From assembly GCA_951406725.2 (NCBI GenBank), contig OX597815.1, forward strand, positions 175,956,001 to 176,020,000: 64,000 nt of DNA, in the 5' to 3' direction. A program made the position numbers and the translations under genes. This document shows positions 1-13,077 of this stretch, in pieces (within the stretch, counting starts at the first letter, position 1; every line of letters begins with the position of its first letter). The notes beneath the pieces are model-generated. The model had not been told where the DNA came from, did no database searches, and saw only the letters and a program-made list of their open reading frames with translations. The stretch is from Octopus vulgaris (lineage: Eukaryota).

Positions 1-3000
1 ATGAAACGAACTTATTAACCATTCGGCCATCCTGAATTCACAGCTTAATGAACAACAAGTACAACATACGTCTGTAAACGTGAACTACTTGTGAGCTCGA
101 TTACTTGATACATGTCTTAATACCCTGCAGATGTAATTGGTGAAACACAAACACAGTCTTACAAATGCACTTATATAAGTAATACTATAGCTAGATATCT
201 AATTTTTACATCTCATTGCTTACTCTCACTCAGAGTGTTGCCATAGCTATGCTGACTGGTTTTCATATAAGCCTGCAGATAAGAATTTCATATCGGCGAT
301 AGCACACTTAATACGAAAATTACTATCGAAACAGATAACGGCAGTTTGATTAGATAACACTACTTGGCTTATCGATGGTATTTAGTGAATTATTGCTGGC
401 GCCCAGCTTTCTGACATAGAAACATCTTTTTACTGCTTCCCATTTCCTTTCAACGGGCAATTAATTATTTAATTACCAATACTAATGGGGTTTTATAGTT
501 TTAAAACAACAAGGGACTGGTTATATATTAATATTTTCACCTCAATACGCTTAAGGCATAAAAAGACTATTATGGTTTTGTATTTCGTTACGACTCGAAG
601 ATATACACACATTAAAAAGTAAATAAACGCAGTTGAATATTCAGACGATGAAGTTTATTAAACTAACATAAAATGAAAATTAAAAGCAAGAAAAAAAAAG
701 TGGATAAAAACGAAGAAAGGAAAGCAGTAATAAAAACTGTAAAATTATCACATAATGCTGTGAAAATACATTGCGTGATAATTTGGCGATAAATTGAAGA
801 TAGGATTAAACAAATTTCTGAAAGTATTTCAATAAAATCTCAAAAGTATTTCTCTTCTATACGAAACATGAAAATATCACTACCATAAATCTTTTGACAT
901 AAGATTAATGTTTTTATTAAACAAATCTTAAGATTCTAAACTTTGGTTTAAAAAAATATTGATAACCATCGAATTTTGGGATAAAAATCTTCAGTCGTTT
1001 CAAGGCAATTTTTACTCTGACTCGACAGTAAGTAGATTTTCTTACAAGAAAGAAATAGAAAACCTACTTTCCAAGATTTGGTTTAGTGATGATAGTGAAA
1101 GCATTAGATATTCTTTGAAAGAGCATAGATTTCCAATGTTTTGTGTGAAAATGAATATGGGATAAGAAAGAAATTCTTTGTAGTTTGATCTAATAAACTA
1201 CAGGTCGTACAACAGCGCCGTACGCAGCACTACTTAACCGACTTGGTTCCATGTATTGTAGAAAAAATAGCAGTTTGTTCCTTTCTAACTCTGTGTTTAA
1301 TTAAGAGAGGGACTGACAAAGTCAGAAAATGTGCTATCCCTCTGATAGCCAGCCCTGCCCGCGTTTATTGCTACCCCAAAATAAATACAGTCAAAGGAAC
1401 TCATCATCCGTTGTTAAGTACGGAACAAGTTTCCAGAATCAATTTTGAAGGACAAGAATTTCATTTTTTCGCCTCTGGTGAGGAAAACGACATTATATAT
1501 TTGAAAGAGTTTAAACTGTTCTAGTCAACTTCAGATGAATTTATTATCCTTATATCAGATTTCATTTGGATTAGAACTCAGAAATAGTGTCAGAAATTCA
1601 TAGCTTGTATTAATTTTACCTATTTTACTTGGATAAGTCGCAATTTTTATCAAATATACTTAATCAAAATGGAATAACTTCAATTGTTGTAACTGTTAGT
1701 TTGTACCTTTCTTACCAAAGAATTTCATTGCAGAAACTCCACGATGACAATACTTTTATTACTAACTTCACTCATCACAGAACTTCCAAGTTTTATTATT
1801 CGAAATTTGTTTAATAATTGGCATGAAGATGATAATGGAGTTCAAACTCCATAATTTCGAGTCTTTTATTGCCACAAACTCATTGAAATAAGCACAAAGT
1901 CAATACCTCAGTCATTCTATCCTCTGCGTATCGCTCAACTAAAACACGTGATCTTATACTATCTTAAGGAATTAGTAATTAACAAATATACTAACAAATT
2001 CTTTAGACGAACGACCCACGTCAGTTCCAGATGCAGCAGAATAGGAATGTTATAGCGCTTCAAACACAACGGTATATATTATATGATTTCCGGTTACTTT
2101 CTGTTGTTAAAGCAGAACTTTCAACGGAGATTGATATGCGCTTTGATGTTCATACCATTTCAAGGGCATTGGTGACGTACATTAAGTGAAATAGTTACAA
2201 CCGAATGTACTTCTGAATGGCTGCCAACAAATTACAGCTTATATTCTCAGCGAGAAAAACTATTTGAGTTTCGTATCCCAAAGATTAACTCACTGGAAAA
2301 AGCATTATGCTATTTTCTGCCGTTGCTGTTATATAAAGCAGACACTGCCCTTGGTTAGATGAATTCAAAGGTTAATGAGAAGTACTAGGTCAATGTTTAT
2401 GTTGATTCTTTTAAGAATATAACACTCATTAGCTAAGCAACAAATAATTATTACTTTTAACTTTCTGAAGATGATAAAAATGAGACAGAAAAAACGTGGA
2501 GTAACTGTTTAAGCCAACGACAATTGTTAATACACATTTTTTCTATTTCATCGCGAAGGTTAAAACATACTCCAGGTTGTGAACGTTTCACTACATATAA
2601 CTTCTCTATCTGCCTCAATCTACCCTGAGTACAGACGCGCGCGCACATGCACAAACGAACACACACTTATACATGCATGTATACGATGATACACAGATAC
2701 ATACATGTATAGATGTATATTTAGAAACGCTATAAATTCCTAGAAAGCAGAAATTTAATATCTTCCTATTGAAGTCAACCAGCCTCCTATTCACTTTGCA
2801 AGCGCTTGTATCCGGGGTTGGATGACAATGCATGACACGGGTGTTGGACGCCACCCGTTATGGGATTAATGTCTCTTTAGTGTACTGTGATAGATGCAAA
2901 CTTTGTCGATATACGTTTTGCAAGTGTTGGTGTATACATGTATAAACTATAATATGCCTATACATACATGCGTGCATACATATATAGATCCATCCATCCA

Positions 3001-3012
3001 TATACACATACT

Positions 3013-3015
<3 letters not shown>

Positions 3016-3070
<55 letters not shown>
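3016..3070. repeat. (TA)n microsatellite
   Basis: Direct reading; one of dozens of (TA)n tracts in the window. Confidence 0.95.
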
Positions 3071-3074
<4 letters not shown>

Positions 3075-3090
3075 CACGCACATATGCACA

Positions 3091-3630
3091 CTAGCAGTAT
3101 AACCCGGCTTTGCTCGGGATTAAGTTAGGATTATTAAACTCTTTGTTTCAAACAAAGTAACATCGACGTCAAATTTGAGCGAAATCCGTTGAAATTGGTA
3201 AACATTTGGCTGAAAATGAGTTGCAGACGATTTGATTGGGTAATTCCATAAGGAATCGGTTTATTGATTTTTTTCCTGATTAAATAGAAAACTCCATAAA
3301 GAATCGGTTTATTGATTTTTCACCCCAAATAGGACTTGCTGATTCAAAAACATCTGTATTTATGCTTTAAAGTTGGTTTACACACCCAACCCAGTTCTGC
3401 AGAATCAGTGTCACGACGGGAGCGCATGGGTTGGGAGTTTGATCAGCAGAGGTGATCAAGCTGCATATGCTAGCCCTTTGAACTCCCAATCATCTACCCC
3501 GCCCCCTTTGCCCATGGGCTGGGAACCCTTCTAACAAGGAAAATAGAAAGCCCCAAAGGGCTCCCGATCCTCTGTGTCAGAAGTGGTTATGTTCAGATCA
3601 TAACTAAGACTTAAGTATATATATACAACG
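3091..3630 (-). mobile_element. Non-autonomous Helitron-like element (3' end at 3091)
   Basis: Minus strand ends ATCCCGAGCAAAGCCGGGTTATACTGCTAG|T: GC-rich hairpin (3103-3118) then CTAG followed by T, the canonical Helitron 3' end. Internal about 30-bp direct repeat TCCATAARGAATCGGTTTATTGATTTTT at about 3245 and 3293. 5' boundary uncertain. Confidence 0.65.
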
Positions 3631-3732
3631 AGAAACGAAAACATAAAACCAAACAAGGAAACGGACTTTTTTTTAACAACGAAAAAACAGAGTACAAGAC
3701 AACCAACACAAGGAACATTCATACATACACAG

Positions 3733-3736
<4 letters not shown>

Positions 3737-3796
<60 letters not shown>

Positions 3797-3836
3797 GATA
3801 AATAGATATAATATGTGTGTATATATATATATATAT

Positions 3837-3874
<38 letters not shown>

Positions 3875-3900
3875 GAGAAAGCGAGAGAGAAGTAGATAGA
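3737..3900. repeat. Compound (TA)n/(GA)n microsatellite
   Basis: Direct reading. Confidence 0.9.
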
Positions 3901-3944
3901 TGAATAGCCAAATATAAAAAATATCTTAAGTCAAATATCTGTAA

Positions 3945-4036
3945 TGCTTCATTTTTTATTTCTTTTTAGGTGAGTAAAATTCTGTTATATATTCCAAACA
4001 AGAAATAATGCTTATGTTATTAAATACAAGGTACGT
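3945..4036 (+). other. Candidate recursive splice site (TAG|GTGAGT) with 61-nt cryptic exon
   Basis: TGCTTCATTTTTTATTTCTTTTTAG (AG 3968-3969) directly abuts GTGAGT; downstream donor AAG|GTACGT at 4030/4031; the exon has stops in all three frames. Confidence 0.4.
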
Positions 4037-4811
4037 GCATTTTCTTTTTTGTTTCCTGAATATGAGTCTATATGATTACTGTTTAGAGTTTTCTAATATG
4101 AAATATTAGAACTACTCACTCAATTCATTGACACATTATTTAGTCGATATAATTTATGAAAATGTTTGATCAAGGTTTCCTGTGTTCTATTTAATAGAGC
4201 TTTGTGAATAAAATAACCATGAAAATGTATAATAAAATTAATGTATGCCACAGTAGCTGCTTATTTAAAAAAAAACCCAGAATAATTGACACTCGACCGA
4301 TTGACATTTTTAACTGATAGTAAGAATGTCTCGTTGGCGCCAATACATACACACCTACCCCCCCACACACACACATAGAAAATATTGCTGACGTCATAAG
4401 AATTTGTATACTTTCAAGAGTTTATTGCATTACATGTACTTCGAGATTCCATCCCCAAAAGATGTGTGTCTTTTAAATTTGTTTACCGGAAACGTTTTTG
4501 AATATGCAAATAAAGCTCCTATTCCATTATGCCCGGGATAGCATCGAGTTATACCGATATGATGTAAGATAAATATGATAATAACAACAATAGTCCCAGG
4601 ATAGAATTTATAAACATCAAATGCATCGCTACGCGCGTTTCCACAAATCACATGATTTTCAAGATCACAGTCCGTATTCTTGGGATGATTACAGTGTAAT
4701 CCGTCGTATTCTTGGGCATCCAGCTGATCATCATCATTGATTCATTTCTTCGGGCGATATAACATTAGCGGATGAACCGGATGCTTATTGTTGTTGTTAT
4801 TTATTATTATT

Positions 4812-4948
4812 GTTCAAATTCCGCCGGGGTCGACTTTACCTTTCATCCTTTCGGGGTCGATAAATTAAGTACCAGTCAATTAATGGGGTCAATGTGATCG
4901 ATTGCTCCCCTCCCCCAAAATTTCAGGCCTTGTACCTATACTAAAAAG
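4812..4948 (+). mobile_element. tRNA-derived SINE family A (Meta/MESC-like core), 5'-truncated
   Basis: B-box GTTCAAATTCC plus core GGTCGACTTTRCCTTTCATCCTTTCGGGGTCGATAAATTAAGTACCAG shared with about 12 other copies in the window. Confidence 0.85.
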
Positions 4949-5058
4949 TGCATATGTGTCTGTTGTGTGTGCATTACCCTGTATGTTTCTGTGTATTATT
5001 TACGATATTTTAATGTTTTTTTTTGTTTTTCCTCTCTCTCCTCATCCCTTCTGTCTTC

Positions 5059-5698
5059 AGTCATGTGGTGTGGTGTGGTGTGGTGTTACTGTTCAATTCG
5101 TGTTTTCTATTCAGGCTCGGTCTGCCTACAGCTACGTTTGTAGTCTCTGTGATTTGTCTAGTTGTCTTGTCAGTTCTATGATATTAATCGAGCGTCCATG
5201 TTCTGCCCGAGCATGTTTGGTAGAACACTAACGAGCTTTTCCTTTCTTTGAGCCCTCGCTAGTGTCCACCTATACGTTCTCCTATGCTGCGTGCAGTCTC
5301 TCCAATGCATGTAATTGTCATGATTCTGCACCGTCCCTCAGTACATCGTAAGCTATACACTACGTTCCCAACTTTACAATTAACCCGTGGGTTCATCCTA
5401 CATACAACACAGTTGTACTCCGTACAGGGGGACTTATCAAAGGGATAGGTATTGCAGATCAGCTATTTCAATAGGGCACCAGGCCTCTCTACTACTTCAA
5501 TTCGTAGATTATCCTTAATGTTTTTCTAAAAAGGTATGCTAGTTTGCCGCCAGGGTAGCATCGACGAACATGAAACTCTGCTATTTTTTGTTGCCATACG
5601 AAGTGTTGGCCTTATTTATCTCATTACTGGTCCTTTCAGACCGAGCCTCATAGAAAACACGAATGGAACAGTAATACCCACCATCACACCACATGACT
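5059..5698. mobile_element. Element bounded by about 65-bp inverted repeats (MITE or fold-back)
   Basis: AGTCATGTGGTGTG...TTACTGTTCAATTCGTGTTTTCTATTCAGGCTCGGTCTG (5059-5124) is the near reverse complement of 5637-5698. Confidence 0.6.
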
Positions 5699-5715
5699 AA
5701 AAAAAATAACCATTC

Positions 5716-5760
<45 letters not shown>

Positions 5761-5864
5761 ATAGATGAGTGTATTTTTACCTTGTTAACAATTAACACGG
5801 AAAAAATAAATAAATAGTTACCAGGGCAGCAAAAATCTCACAAGTAAAGGTGTTGTAACTCCTT

Positions 5865-5913
<49 letters not shown>

Positions 5914-6085
5914 GTGTGTGTGTGTGTGTGATTATAATGTTGGATTAGAGACTAGTAATTTGTCCTAGAAATCAAAATTATATTTTTTCATATATCTATT
6001 GTCTTAGATTTGCATTCCTTATGTAAAGATGTAAATTCCACAGTTACTCTTGAAAATATTTAGGCCTGCATGAAATCATGGTATG

Positions 6086-6137
<52 letters not shown>

Positions 6138-8117
6138 TCTCTAACAATATATGAAGCACATGTTACTCTAAGAGGAAATTGATATAACCATTTAACTTTT
6201 AATATTTACGAATTGAAAACATTGTGTTCGAAAATGTGGAAACAACCGCAAAGAAAATTTGTCGAAATCCTACAACAAAGAAACTTTATATCCAGTTTAT
6301 GACTTAATTTTCCAAATTCACTTCAAGGGGACCGATACAATAACTAGAATAAAAAGTTAGCCAACTTTCTCAGTTTGGTAAATGGTGTGACGAAAACTCA
6401 TTTTGTTTCTGAAATGCTCCCTACAAAATTCAAACAGGAAGATGATTGATACATAGACTAAATATCCAAAGAACGTTAATCTGGTGCCCTACCTCGGCGC
6501 TAACTCACACACCAATTATGAGACCTTAATGACTTATATACGAAATTGGCGCGCGACTTTGCGCAGGTGTAGGGCCCCACTACCCAGTCTAGTGCACCGA
6601 CTGCAAATTCCGCAGAACTTCAAATGTTTACATAATTATTTGGTATCGATAAAGGAAATAAGCAAGATTTGATGGGTACAGCACCATACACATTATAGAA
6701 AATAATTCGATGAAACATTTTGTCCCTCCAAAACAATCGATTTTCGTGAATATGTTGATTGCCTTGTTCTATTGTTATAAATCTTTAATTTGTTTTTCTT
6801 AGGGTCTTTCCTGAAAAAGTTGTCTCAATAAAATCTTGACGCACCAGAATTAATTTGAAAAATGACCGTTTAGTCGTGATGGGTTTCTGGTTGTAGAATC
6901 TTAAATACGCAACTACGAGCAAAATTAATGACGATACAAAACTGTAACGTAGGATGCATTTAAATTGAAAGCTGTTATTTGATTCGCCATGTTCTGGGTT
7001 TTCTGCTGGTATTTAAATATCTTTAGAGTTTAATAACAATTATAATAACAAGTTTTATTTTGAGGGGGACTGAAATTTGAGTGCGATAAAATAATATTTC
7101 GTTGGTGACAAAGAAGCGCATTGGCAGCCTTTTGCAACTTCATATTCTATTGTCAGTTCATATGAACGAGGTTTTTCAAAGTTCTGTTGGTTTCGGCAAC
7201 ATATCTATTCACATTTATCTTCTGCGTATTTTCTTTTAGACTTTAAATATCTGCAGAGGGCTTTTGTGTCTAACTATTTATTTAGATAATCATATTTGAT
7301 ACAAGGGATCCTACTCTTTTTCTCTTTCATACGCGTAACTTTCCCCTCGGTTTATCAATTTCAGTCATATTGCTTACATTTATCACCTCCATTCTCTTTG
7401 TTTTACATAATTTTTATCGTATTTACTCCCGTCAACTGAGTAAAATATGTTTCGCTGAGATTTACAGAAGGCAGAACATATCAGCTGCTCTTAAGAATGG
7501 GTTGCATATGCCAGTCTGCATTGTCGGAATTGTCCAAAGGTTTCCAACAACTGACTCTGTCTGAGTTGTCTCTTTTGCCTTTTATTTGCAGATATCAGAT
7601 ACCCCATAACAGCTTTTTGCATATTAATTGCTTCAATAATCGCAGAAGGTTTGAATTGTTCAACTCTTTGTATTTCACATCTGAATACTTCCTGCAGTTT
7701 TGTTATGGAGAAAGCTCACCGGCAACATAGATGGGTTTTATGTTTAATTACTCAAATGAAGTGGATTATTTTCCAGAACCTCTAAACCTGGTGAAATCGA
7801 TGCTGACCTACGGAAGAAAAAGGAAGTCGGTGGATCATTTAAGTAGGTCACTGTCTTAGTCTGTGAAACATATGTGAGATGAAATGCCAAAATGTGACGA
7901 GAGAAATTAAAATTGACGCGTTCTGTAGGACTTAAAAGGAGTCATAATTTCATTGTAGTAGAGTATATGGCATGTTTTCTGGTTCAGAAAGAATTCTGTC
8001 TATATATATATATATATTGTATATTCGCGTGTTTTTGTTATATATTTAAATGTGCAACAAATGGCACGAAAACCTGCTTTGGTAGGTATTATACACTCGA
8101 AACTAGATGAGCCTATT

Positions 8118-8324
8118 ATTCTTTTCTACTCAAGGCACAAGGCCCTAAATTTTGGGGGCGAGGACCAGTCGATTAGATCGACCCCAGTACGCAACAGTTA
8201 CATAATTTATCGACCCCGAAAGGATGAAAGGCAAAGTCGACCTCGCCGGAATTTGAACTCAGAACGTAAAGACAGACGAAATGCCGCTAAGCATTTCGCC
8301 CGGCGTGCTAACGTTTCTGCCAGC
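8118..8324 (-). mobile_element. SINE family A, near full length
   Basis: Minus strand GCTGGCAGAAACGTTAGCACGCCGGGCGAAATGCTTAGC...GAGTTCAAATTCC...CCTTTCATCCTTTCGGGGTCGATAAATT...GTAGAAAAGAAT. Confidence 0.9.
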
Positions 8325-8699
8325 CTATTATTGTAAAGAATCTATTACGCTTGTGGAATTTTCTAGATTAAGAGTTATTAGTGAATTAATGGTGTTAAAT
8401 TCTATCTAAAAGAGCAACCTTGAAAAGAAATAAGAGTTTCAATTGATTAGGATATAGTGACTTATGTTTAGTTACAGCGAATTACACATTTTTTTCTTTT
8501 TGTTTTTAAATATCGGTAACTTTATACACACAATTACTCCGTCGTTAAATTTCTCTTACAGTCGGTTGAAGCTTTTTTTTATGTAGGGATTAAAGAATTT
8601 TGCGATGTGCAGCGCGCAAAGACGGGGAAAAGAGTATTTAGTGCTTTATTAATAGTGGAATATCACTATATAAATAGCGATTGTAATGGTAAGCTTTGA

Positions 8700-8746
8700 A
8701 GGCGGCGAGCCGGTAGAATCGTTAGTGTGCCGGGTAAGATGCTTAT
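8700..8746 (+). mobile_element. SINE family A 5' head fragment
   Basis: AGGCGGCGAGCCGGTAGAATCGTTAGTGTGCCGGG matches the head of the copy at 56612. Confidence 0.7.
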
Positions 8747-9184
8747 ACCCTTCCCTAAACATGGTAGCCTTGTACCAAAATGTTTGCTTGATATAAAAAT
8801 CATTCTAAAAGCGAGTTCGTTACTGAGACGAAACAGAGTGATTTTCATATTTAAAAATTCAAATAAATTGAGTTTAAGTATGGAATGAATATGGAACGTA
8901 ACAAGAGGCAAGTGTTCATATTAATTTACGGACACTTCATATCAGAAAACGATTAATGTTGGTTAAACATATTGCTACCATGTCATTTGCTTTTCGAGGG
9001 TAAGCAGTCTTGATCATTTGTAAACAAGGCATTTCCCTGATTAAATGAAAGGCTAAGTTCAATCTGTAGTCCTTCATTTGTTAAAATAATGATCCAAGCA
9101 GTTACGGAACACTGAGGTTGATTAAAGCTTCAGTTTACATAACGACCAGAATCTCGAAAGAAAGGATTTACATGAATGCCTAGT

Positions 9185-9375
9185 TTTTTATCTTTTACTC
9201 GTTTCAGTCATTAGACTGTGGCCATGCTGGGGCATTACCTTGAAATGTTTCTCGAACGCATCGACCGTTGTTTTATATTGTTTTATAGCCTGGTACTTAT
9301 TCTATAGGTATCTTTTGCCGAACCACTAAGTCACGGGGACATAGACACACCAACACCGGTTATCAAGCGGTGGCT
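9185..9375 (-). mobile_element. SINE family B (OR-type/CORE-like) 3' half
   Basis: Minus strand GCTTGATAACCGGTGTTGGTGTG...GTCCCCGTGACTTAGTGGTTCGGCAAAAG...GCCCCAGCATGGCCACAGTCTAATGACTGAAACGAGTAAAAGATAAA; repeated at 14545, 18650, 26780, 42045, 60570. Confidence 0.85.
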
Positions 9376-9938
9376 AGCACACACACACATACACAGACAC
9401 ACACACACGCATGCACACACAATATTTAGCAGACACAGAGTGTGTACTAATAAGAATTTTCCATGAGCCATTGGAATGGGGTGTACTGCACCCTCCTCTT
9501 GTCCTACAAATTGCACGCATTAACGTTCCGTGAGCTATACACACACACACACACACGCGCATTTCAATAATCTATTCATGTAACCTGAACTGACCAATCG
9601 CAGTGCCTCAGATTTCCCAGATGCTATCTTCTAATGCACCTGACGATGAAGTATGATGATGCATTCGTTCATCAGCGAAAATAAAAATTGTTGAACAATG
9701 TGGCACAGAGCGAATCCGTTATTAAATATTCACAACTATTTAGAGGAATTAATATTTAATATTTACAACTCCTACAAAATGTGTTGATTGCCACTTTCTT
9801 TTGGCTGTCAAACTGTAATTAAGTATGTATATATGCATGCACGCACACACATATGCACATTTATTTCACAAACATATATACATACATCCACGCATAACGC
9901 TACACCAATGCACACATAGACACACACGCACGCACACT

Positions 9939-9987
<49 letters not shown>

Positions 9988-10486
9988 AATATTTCACTCA
10001 CGCAAGTGGATAAATAATATTCTTATGATCGCAACCATTTCTACGCCCTCTAGCTAATCAAATTCATGTTCAGATTAAAAGCGGTTAAGTTCATTAAAAA
10101 CTTTACTACATTTTGAGATGTGATAATAGAAAGTTGGCTGGGTATCAAAATATAAATGTTAAAATAGGGAAAGTCATAGATGAAACTCCGTAAATAAAAA
10201 TACTTTGTGGGAGGAAATCTAATTCTAGTTATCTCGTCAAAATAAGTGCAAAAGGAAGAAGTCTTAAGGGGTAAAATTAGTGAAATTGGAGAGTAAGTAA
10301 AGCCTGATATGATTTTTCAATCATCATGGCTTTTGTATTTTAAAAGGCAATTATGATGAAGCTCTCGCTGTAGATCTGAACGAGATGTATCTTCTACTGA
10401 AAGCCCGTCAAGACTTGGTACAGAGGCAAAAATATTCTCGAGTAAAGAATGCTCAAATTCGAAAAGGGAAAACTGGAGTACCACGT

Positions 10487-10519
10487 ATGTATGCATGTAT
10501 GTATGTATGTATGTCTTTA

Positions 10520-10569
<50 letters not shown>

Positions 10570-10845
10570 TACGTATGTATTTATGTATGTAATTTTTCAG
10601 TTTTATTTCAAGATTTCTTGCCAATAGAGAAAGAGTTGGTTTCTAACCTAGATCCAAGGCCTCTTCATTGGAATTTCAACATCAAGAACAGGGTATGTAT
10701 GTGTGTATGCATGTATGTATGTATGTATGTATGTATGTATGTATGTATGTATGTATGTATGTATGCATGTATGCATGTATGTATGCGTGAATGTATGTAA
10801 TTGTGTGTGTATGTATGTATGTATGTATGTATGTATGTATGTATA
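10487..10845. repeat. (TATG)n/(TG)n microsatellite cluster with short spacer
   Basis: Direct reading. Confidence 0.9.
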
Positions 10846-10849
10846 CGCG

Positions 10850-11178
10850 CAGATTTGTATGTTTTGTTTTATATAACTCTTCTCATGCATATAGCTGCAT
10901 ATCTAGACATGCTCATATATACTGAAATGATAAAATTCTGGAAAGTTTTACAGATTTTTACAGTTCTTTTCTGGTTTTGAGAAACCTAATTTCTCAAGAT
11001 TGGTATTTAGGCAGTGTGTTACATATCCCAGTGCCCCCACAATTACAGGTATAAACCTGAACTTGTAAGCTGGATAGAGTAACTGCAGAATTCCCAATAG
11101 TTTAGCGTAGGTATTCTCTTTTTCACTGATCTTCAGCTTTCTGTTAACAACCGCTGGGCAGCTGATTACCACAACTGT
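10850..11178 (-). mobile_element. Dong/R4-like non-LTR retrotransposon 3' end (restriction-like endonuclease C-terminus and 3' UTR), TACA-repeat associated
   Basis: Translation [59 protein letters not shown] fits the R4/Dong RLE-domain pattern; sister copy at 36181-36440. Confidence 0.8.
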
Positions 11179-11690
11179 TTGCTTGGTCCGCAGCTGATCT
11201 ATGGTTTCGACAATTAGTAAAGTGCCATTTGCGAATCGAAGGCGTTTTAGTAGGACGCTCTGGATGTTCATGCCACCTGTCTTGTCAATATCCTTGATGA
11301 CCTTTTCTAGGCATGCGACGAAGTACGCCAGAGAGATAGCATCTCCTTATCGACGCCCTTCTCATTGGATCTTACCCTGGTGGCGACAGAAGAAAACCGC
11401 GGAGTATTTTGATGTAGTGCGCCTCAGCATCTTGCATTTCTAGAGATTTCAGCACGGCCTTCATTGTGACGCTGTCGAAGGCTGTCTCATAGTCGACGAA
11501 ATCATTGCACAGAAGCAGTTTGCATTCATTCCCTTGTTCTACAAGCTGTATGAAAATGAATATGTCATTCAACGTACTATAGCTCCTATACAAACTTGCT
11601 TGCTCCCTTGACTGCTTGTCATCGATGGCTTTCCATAGTGTATCGACTATGACTTTTATAAGCAGTGTGTTAATCAGCAGCTAGGGATGA
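11179..11690 (-). mobile_element. RTE-clade LINE reverse transcriptase fragment (decayed)
   Basis: FVDYETAFDSV (RT motif FVDYxKAFDSV) and LKRLRFANGTLLIVETIDQL (decayed LRFADD). Confidence 0.85.
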
Positions 11691-11842
11691 AAACTCACCC
11701 CACTCGCTGAGGATAATAAGAGAATGTTAAAAATATATTGTAAACTGTTTTTAACATTCTCTTATTATTATCAAAGAATGTATAACTGTATTTTAATACT
11801 TTTGTGATAACCAGTACTTAACACAACAAAGCTTTACATTTT

Positions 11843-11886
11843 ACTTTTGACAATCTTTTTCTAAAAAAAGGTGAAACCGGTCAAGT
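11843..11886 (+). ncRNA. Minimal type I hammerhead-like motif, U3:A8 covariant core
   Basis: ACTT-TTGACAA-(T CTTTTT CT AAAAAAAG GT)-GAAA-CCGG-TC-AAGT: helix I ACTT/AAGT, palindromic helix III ACCGGT, GUC cleavage triplet. Confidence 0.5.
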
Positions 11887-12030
11887 TCATAAACATCTTT
11901 AAAATTGCATTTTCAAACCTTCTTTCATATATATTTCCATTCGTGCGGTACCTTAATTTTATCCTCATAGCATTTTTTTATAACTAAAGTTATTATAAAC
12001 ATAAATATGTCCTCAAATATCTTACGCACC

Positions 12031-12092
<62 letters not shown>

Positions 12093-12459
12093 TCAACTTA
12101 GTGTGGATATCTTGTTAGAACAACGAATAGTGCGTATTTAGAGTTGAGAGAATCTCTGATATAGACACATCGTACTTAGAGGCACACAGATCGTATCAGA
12201 CGTGGATCATATGTAATGGGCTCCCATAATATAAGATTCTCATTTACTACGATCTGTGTGTATGTGTGTTTTGATGGACCAGGTGCCTACATGAGAATAA
12301 CCTAATACTCGGTATTCTCTCAAGACACCTTCGTTAAGCTGGACATAAATATTGTCTTTAGATATCAATACTTCTTCTGTTGCTAATAATTAATTACTAT
12401 ATATATATGTTTGTGTGTGTGTGTGTGTTGTAGTTGTGCTGTGCGCGCATTTATGCACG

Positions 12460-12549
<90 letters not shown>

Positions 12550-12554
12550 GATAA

Positions 12555-13077
12555 ACTTAGATATGTTTCGATCAATGATTGGTCCAGGCCATGTCTAACT
12601 TAATAGCACCACCTGATAGGATTATCTAAATCCTGTTTAAGTCAAGTTTTGTTTATGGTCCATTCAAGTAGTGAGTTTTTGTTGGGTGAGTTGTATCCAA
12701 TTATGGGTGGCTTATCTGGTATTCCTTGAAGGAATCTATCCAGACTCCGTTTAAAGTTGATGGGATCCTTTTCCTCTTTGATCTCTTTCAGGACAATGTT
12801 AAATAGGGCAGGGCCTGTTGAGGAAAAGAAATTATGTTGCAGTGTACATGTATGCTGTGATCTTGAATTGGGCAGGGGACGTATGGCCCGTGGTCCCTGT
12901 CTTGGATGAACCTTGAAGCTAATGTTCAGGTCGTTTGGGCAAAGTTGGCGGTATATTCTCCACATCGTAATAATGATGTACCGCTCACGGCGACGCTGGA
13001 GAGAGTAGAGTTTCAAGGCTTTAAGGCGATCCCAATAATCGAGAGCAGCCATGCCTTCAATTCGTTTAGTGAGTGCC

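Noticed and set aside
6484-6600. GC-rich imperfect inverted segment GCCCTAC..GCGC / GCGC..GTAGGGC
   Set aside because: Arms too short and interrupted to support a structure or element call.
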